From Raillietiella orientalis (taxonomy: Eukaryota): 64,000 nt of DNA. Positions 62,091 to 64,000 of this stretch are shown here, in pieces (the first letter of the stretch is position 1; every line of letters begins with the position of its first letter). A program made the position numbers and the translations under genes. The stretch spans positions 124,001 to 188,000 of the forward strand of contig JAYWIR010000056.1 of the NCBI GenBank assembly GCA_036172245.1, read 5' to 3'. The notes under the pieces were generated by a model. That model had not been told where the DNA came from, did not search any database, and saw only the letters and a program-made list of their open reading frames with translations.

Positions 62091-64000
62091 GCAGCTCGAT
62101 GCAAGGATTTCCAACATCCAAACTCCGGTTCGTTTGTCTCTTCCTGGACGGACCATCGGGTCCTTCCTGGGATCGCAGCGGCCAGGCGAGGGAAGGAAGC
62201 ATTCACCCTCTTTCCCCTTTCGCTTCCGAGCTCTTCCAAATTTTGAGTGAAGGGATTCCCGTTACTCCGGGTAGCATTCCTTGCGAGCGGAGCATCGGAC
62301 GATGCGGGCAAAGGCGCTCTCCCGGCACTGGTCTGGGTCTTTGTGCGCGGTGACGAGGTCCTCTGGAGCGGATTCGAAGGGAGCATGCGGAGACCCACGC
62401 ATCACGGTCTGCGTATCTTTGTCCTTGGAACGGATGTCGCTTTCACGGATTTTAAAAGTTATGAGGGCTGGCGCTAAGCCACCCTTTACAAGGAGGCCAG
62501 GATTTGAAGGGAATCAAAGCACCCGGACGTATTCGGGACGTCGGCTGACACTTCAAAGTGTGATCTGCAAGCTTCTTTCTGTGTTGCACCCATTGTTCCT
62601 CCAGAGATCACAGAGGATCGGGCGAAACTCTGGCACTCAAGGACGCGCTTCCGTCGGACCTCTTTCTTAATCTTTTGCCTTTTTTCCCCTCCCGACACAC
62701 AGATGCGCATGCAATCCACCGTGCAATGTGTGACGATCTTTCGCTGACTTCAAGGATCCTGGAGGTTGAGGCGTCTTCCTTGCTTCCGCATCGGCGATGA
62801 TCTCCCGAAGCAGTTTTCCTCCTCTTCCCTACTCTTCCTTGTTCCCTTCAAGAGGTTCGTGAGCACCCCGAGAACGCTCAGATTCCCAGCAGCGAAAGCG
62901 CACTCCGTTTATAAGGGTAGGCTCCTTGGAAACCGTCCAAAGAAGGAGGAGGAATCTTCGAGGAGCCATCCAGCCCTCGAGGGATGGAATTCACCAGCCG
63001 ACTGGAACTTCTACCCTGCTGGAAGGAAGGACGGAAGGGAACAGACACGAAGTCTGTTCCCTGAAGAACCGTGGGAGGAGTGGAAGCAGCGGATTGTCGG
63101 AGACGGGACTAGGATTTCTGCCATCATCATCATCATCCCGACTTGAGCTTTCGTGGGTCCTTCCCGCTCTGCCTGCTATCACAAGATGACCACGTCACTC
63201 TTCATCTGCATCAGCGCTTGTTTCTCGGCGTGCAGATGCTTCGCGCCGACCACCAGTGTTGCTTCCGGATGCTTCCAGGACGGGACTCCGGAGCAGAGGG
63301 ACAGGGAGAAAGTGTCCTTCGCCGTCCCGCGGCACCTGGAGGAAGCGCGACTCGTCGAGGAATTTCCAAGGAGGGGGGGGGGGGGGAAAGGCGGAAGAGA
63401 CGCCCGTCGTATCTCCCGCCCGCCCCTGGTGCTTGCTCGCCACTTCAGGGGCTCCTGGAGCGGAGTGAGGAGGAGGAGCAGGGACACCTTCGAGTGGATA
63501 CAAGGGACCCTCGAGCCGGCGGTGTTCGGGATGATGCGGACTTTCACAGGCGATCATCCCGTGACGGGGCGTGAGGATGGATTCGCTCCGCTGCCCGCTT
63601 CGGGGGAGCCCCGCCCTGGCGCCTCGGAAAACGCCGAGTCTCTGCGAAGGCGCCTGGCGGAGTCAGCGGGAAACGGGAAAGGATCCAGCTTCTACATGCT
63701 TCGGCAGCTCGTGCCGGAGCGCGTCAGACTCCTGGAATCACTTCTTGTGGGGAGGAGGAGAGGAAGTTCAGAGGGCGACCGCAGCGAGGTTCGCGGTGTG
63801 CTTCCGGGAGGAAGGGGGGGTGAGTGTGCCAGGACGTGCAATAAAAGGAAAAAAAAAAGCACGTGTGTGTGAGAGAGAGGGAGGGAGAGCAGGAGGGGAG
63901 GTCGGGTAGAGAAGACCTCACGCGAAACCCTGCTCCCTAGCAATCCCTGATTTTCCTGTATCCCGTCTTGGCACTTTTTATTTTTGCTCCATCTTTCAGC

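Noticed and set aside
62766..63909. ORF cluster at the right end (63153-63872, 239 aa)
   Set aside because: Multiple frames open, spans a long G run, no recognisable domain; a decayed gene cannot be excluded.
1..64000. CRISPR array, rRNA or prokaryotic operon
   Set aside because: No regularly spaced repeat-spacer units or rRNA motifs seen; spliceosomal introns show the DNA is eukaryotic.

Overview
Eukaryotic genomic DNA, probably invertebrate. Composition climbs from very AT-rich (about 25-30% GC by eye, 1-25 kb) through a transition (26-38 kb) to a GC/CpG-rich, apparently gene-free domain (about 40-58 kb). Two intron-containing housekeeping genes were reconstructed on the minus strand: NF-YB (5 coding exons, 192 aa, essentially missed by the ORF track) and an ABHD4-like alpha/beta-hydrolase (6 exons, about 409-420 aa). 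Both have 44-47 nt micro-introns. Five copies of a tRNA-headed retroposon family are present. The most complete copy joins a Pol III-type head to about 1.3 kb of decayed L1/Tx1-like ORF2 3' end, a hairpin-bearing 3' UTR and AATAAA. Two copies share a 519-bp block of about 98% identity, 23.7 kb apart, bracketing the GC-rich domain. That domain holds AT-rich islands with repeated TGATNNAY (Exd/Pbx-Hox-type) motifs, suggesting a developmental regulatory landscape. Most ORFs beyond 30 kb are judged spurious. No CRISPR array, rRNA or intact tRNA was found, and no novel multi-gene system can be supported from the sequence alone.
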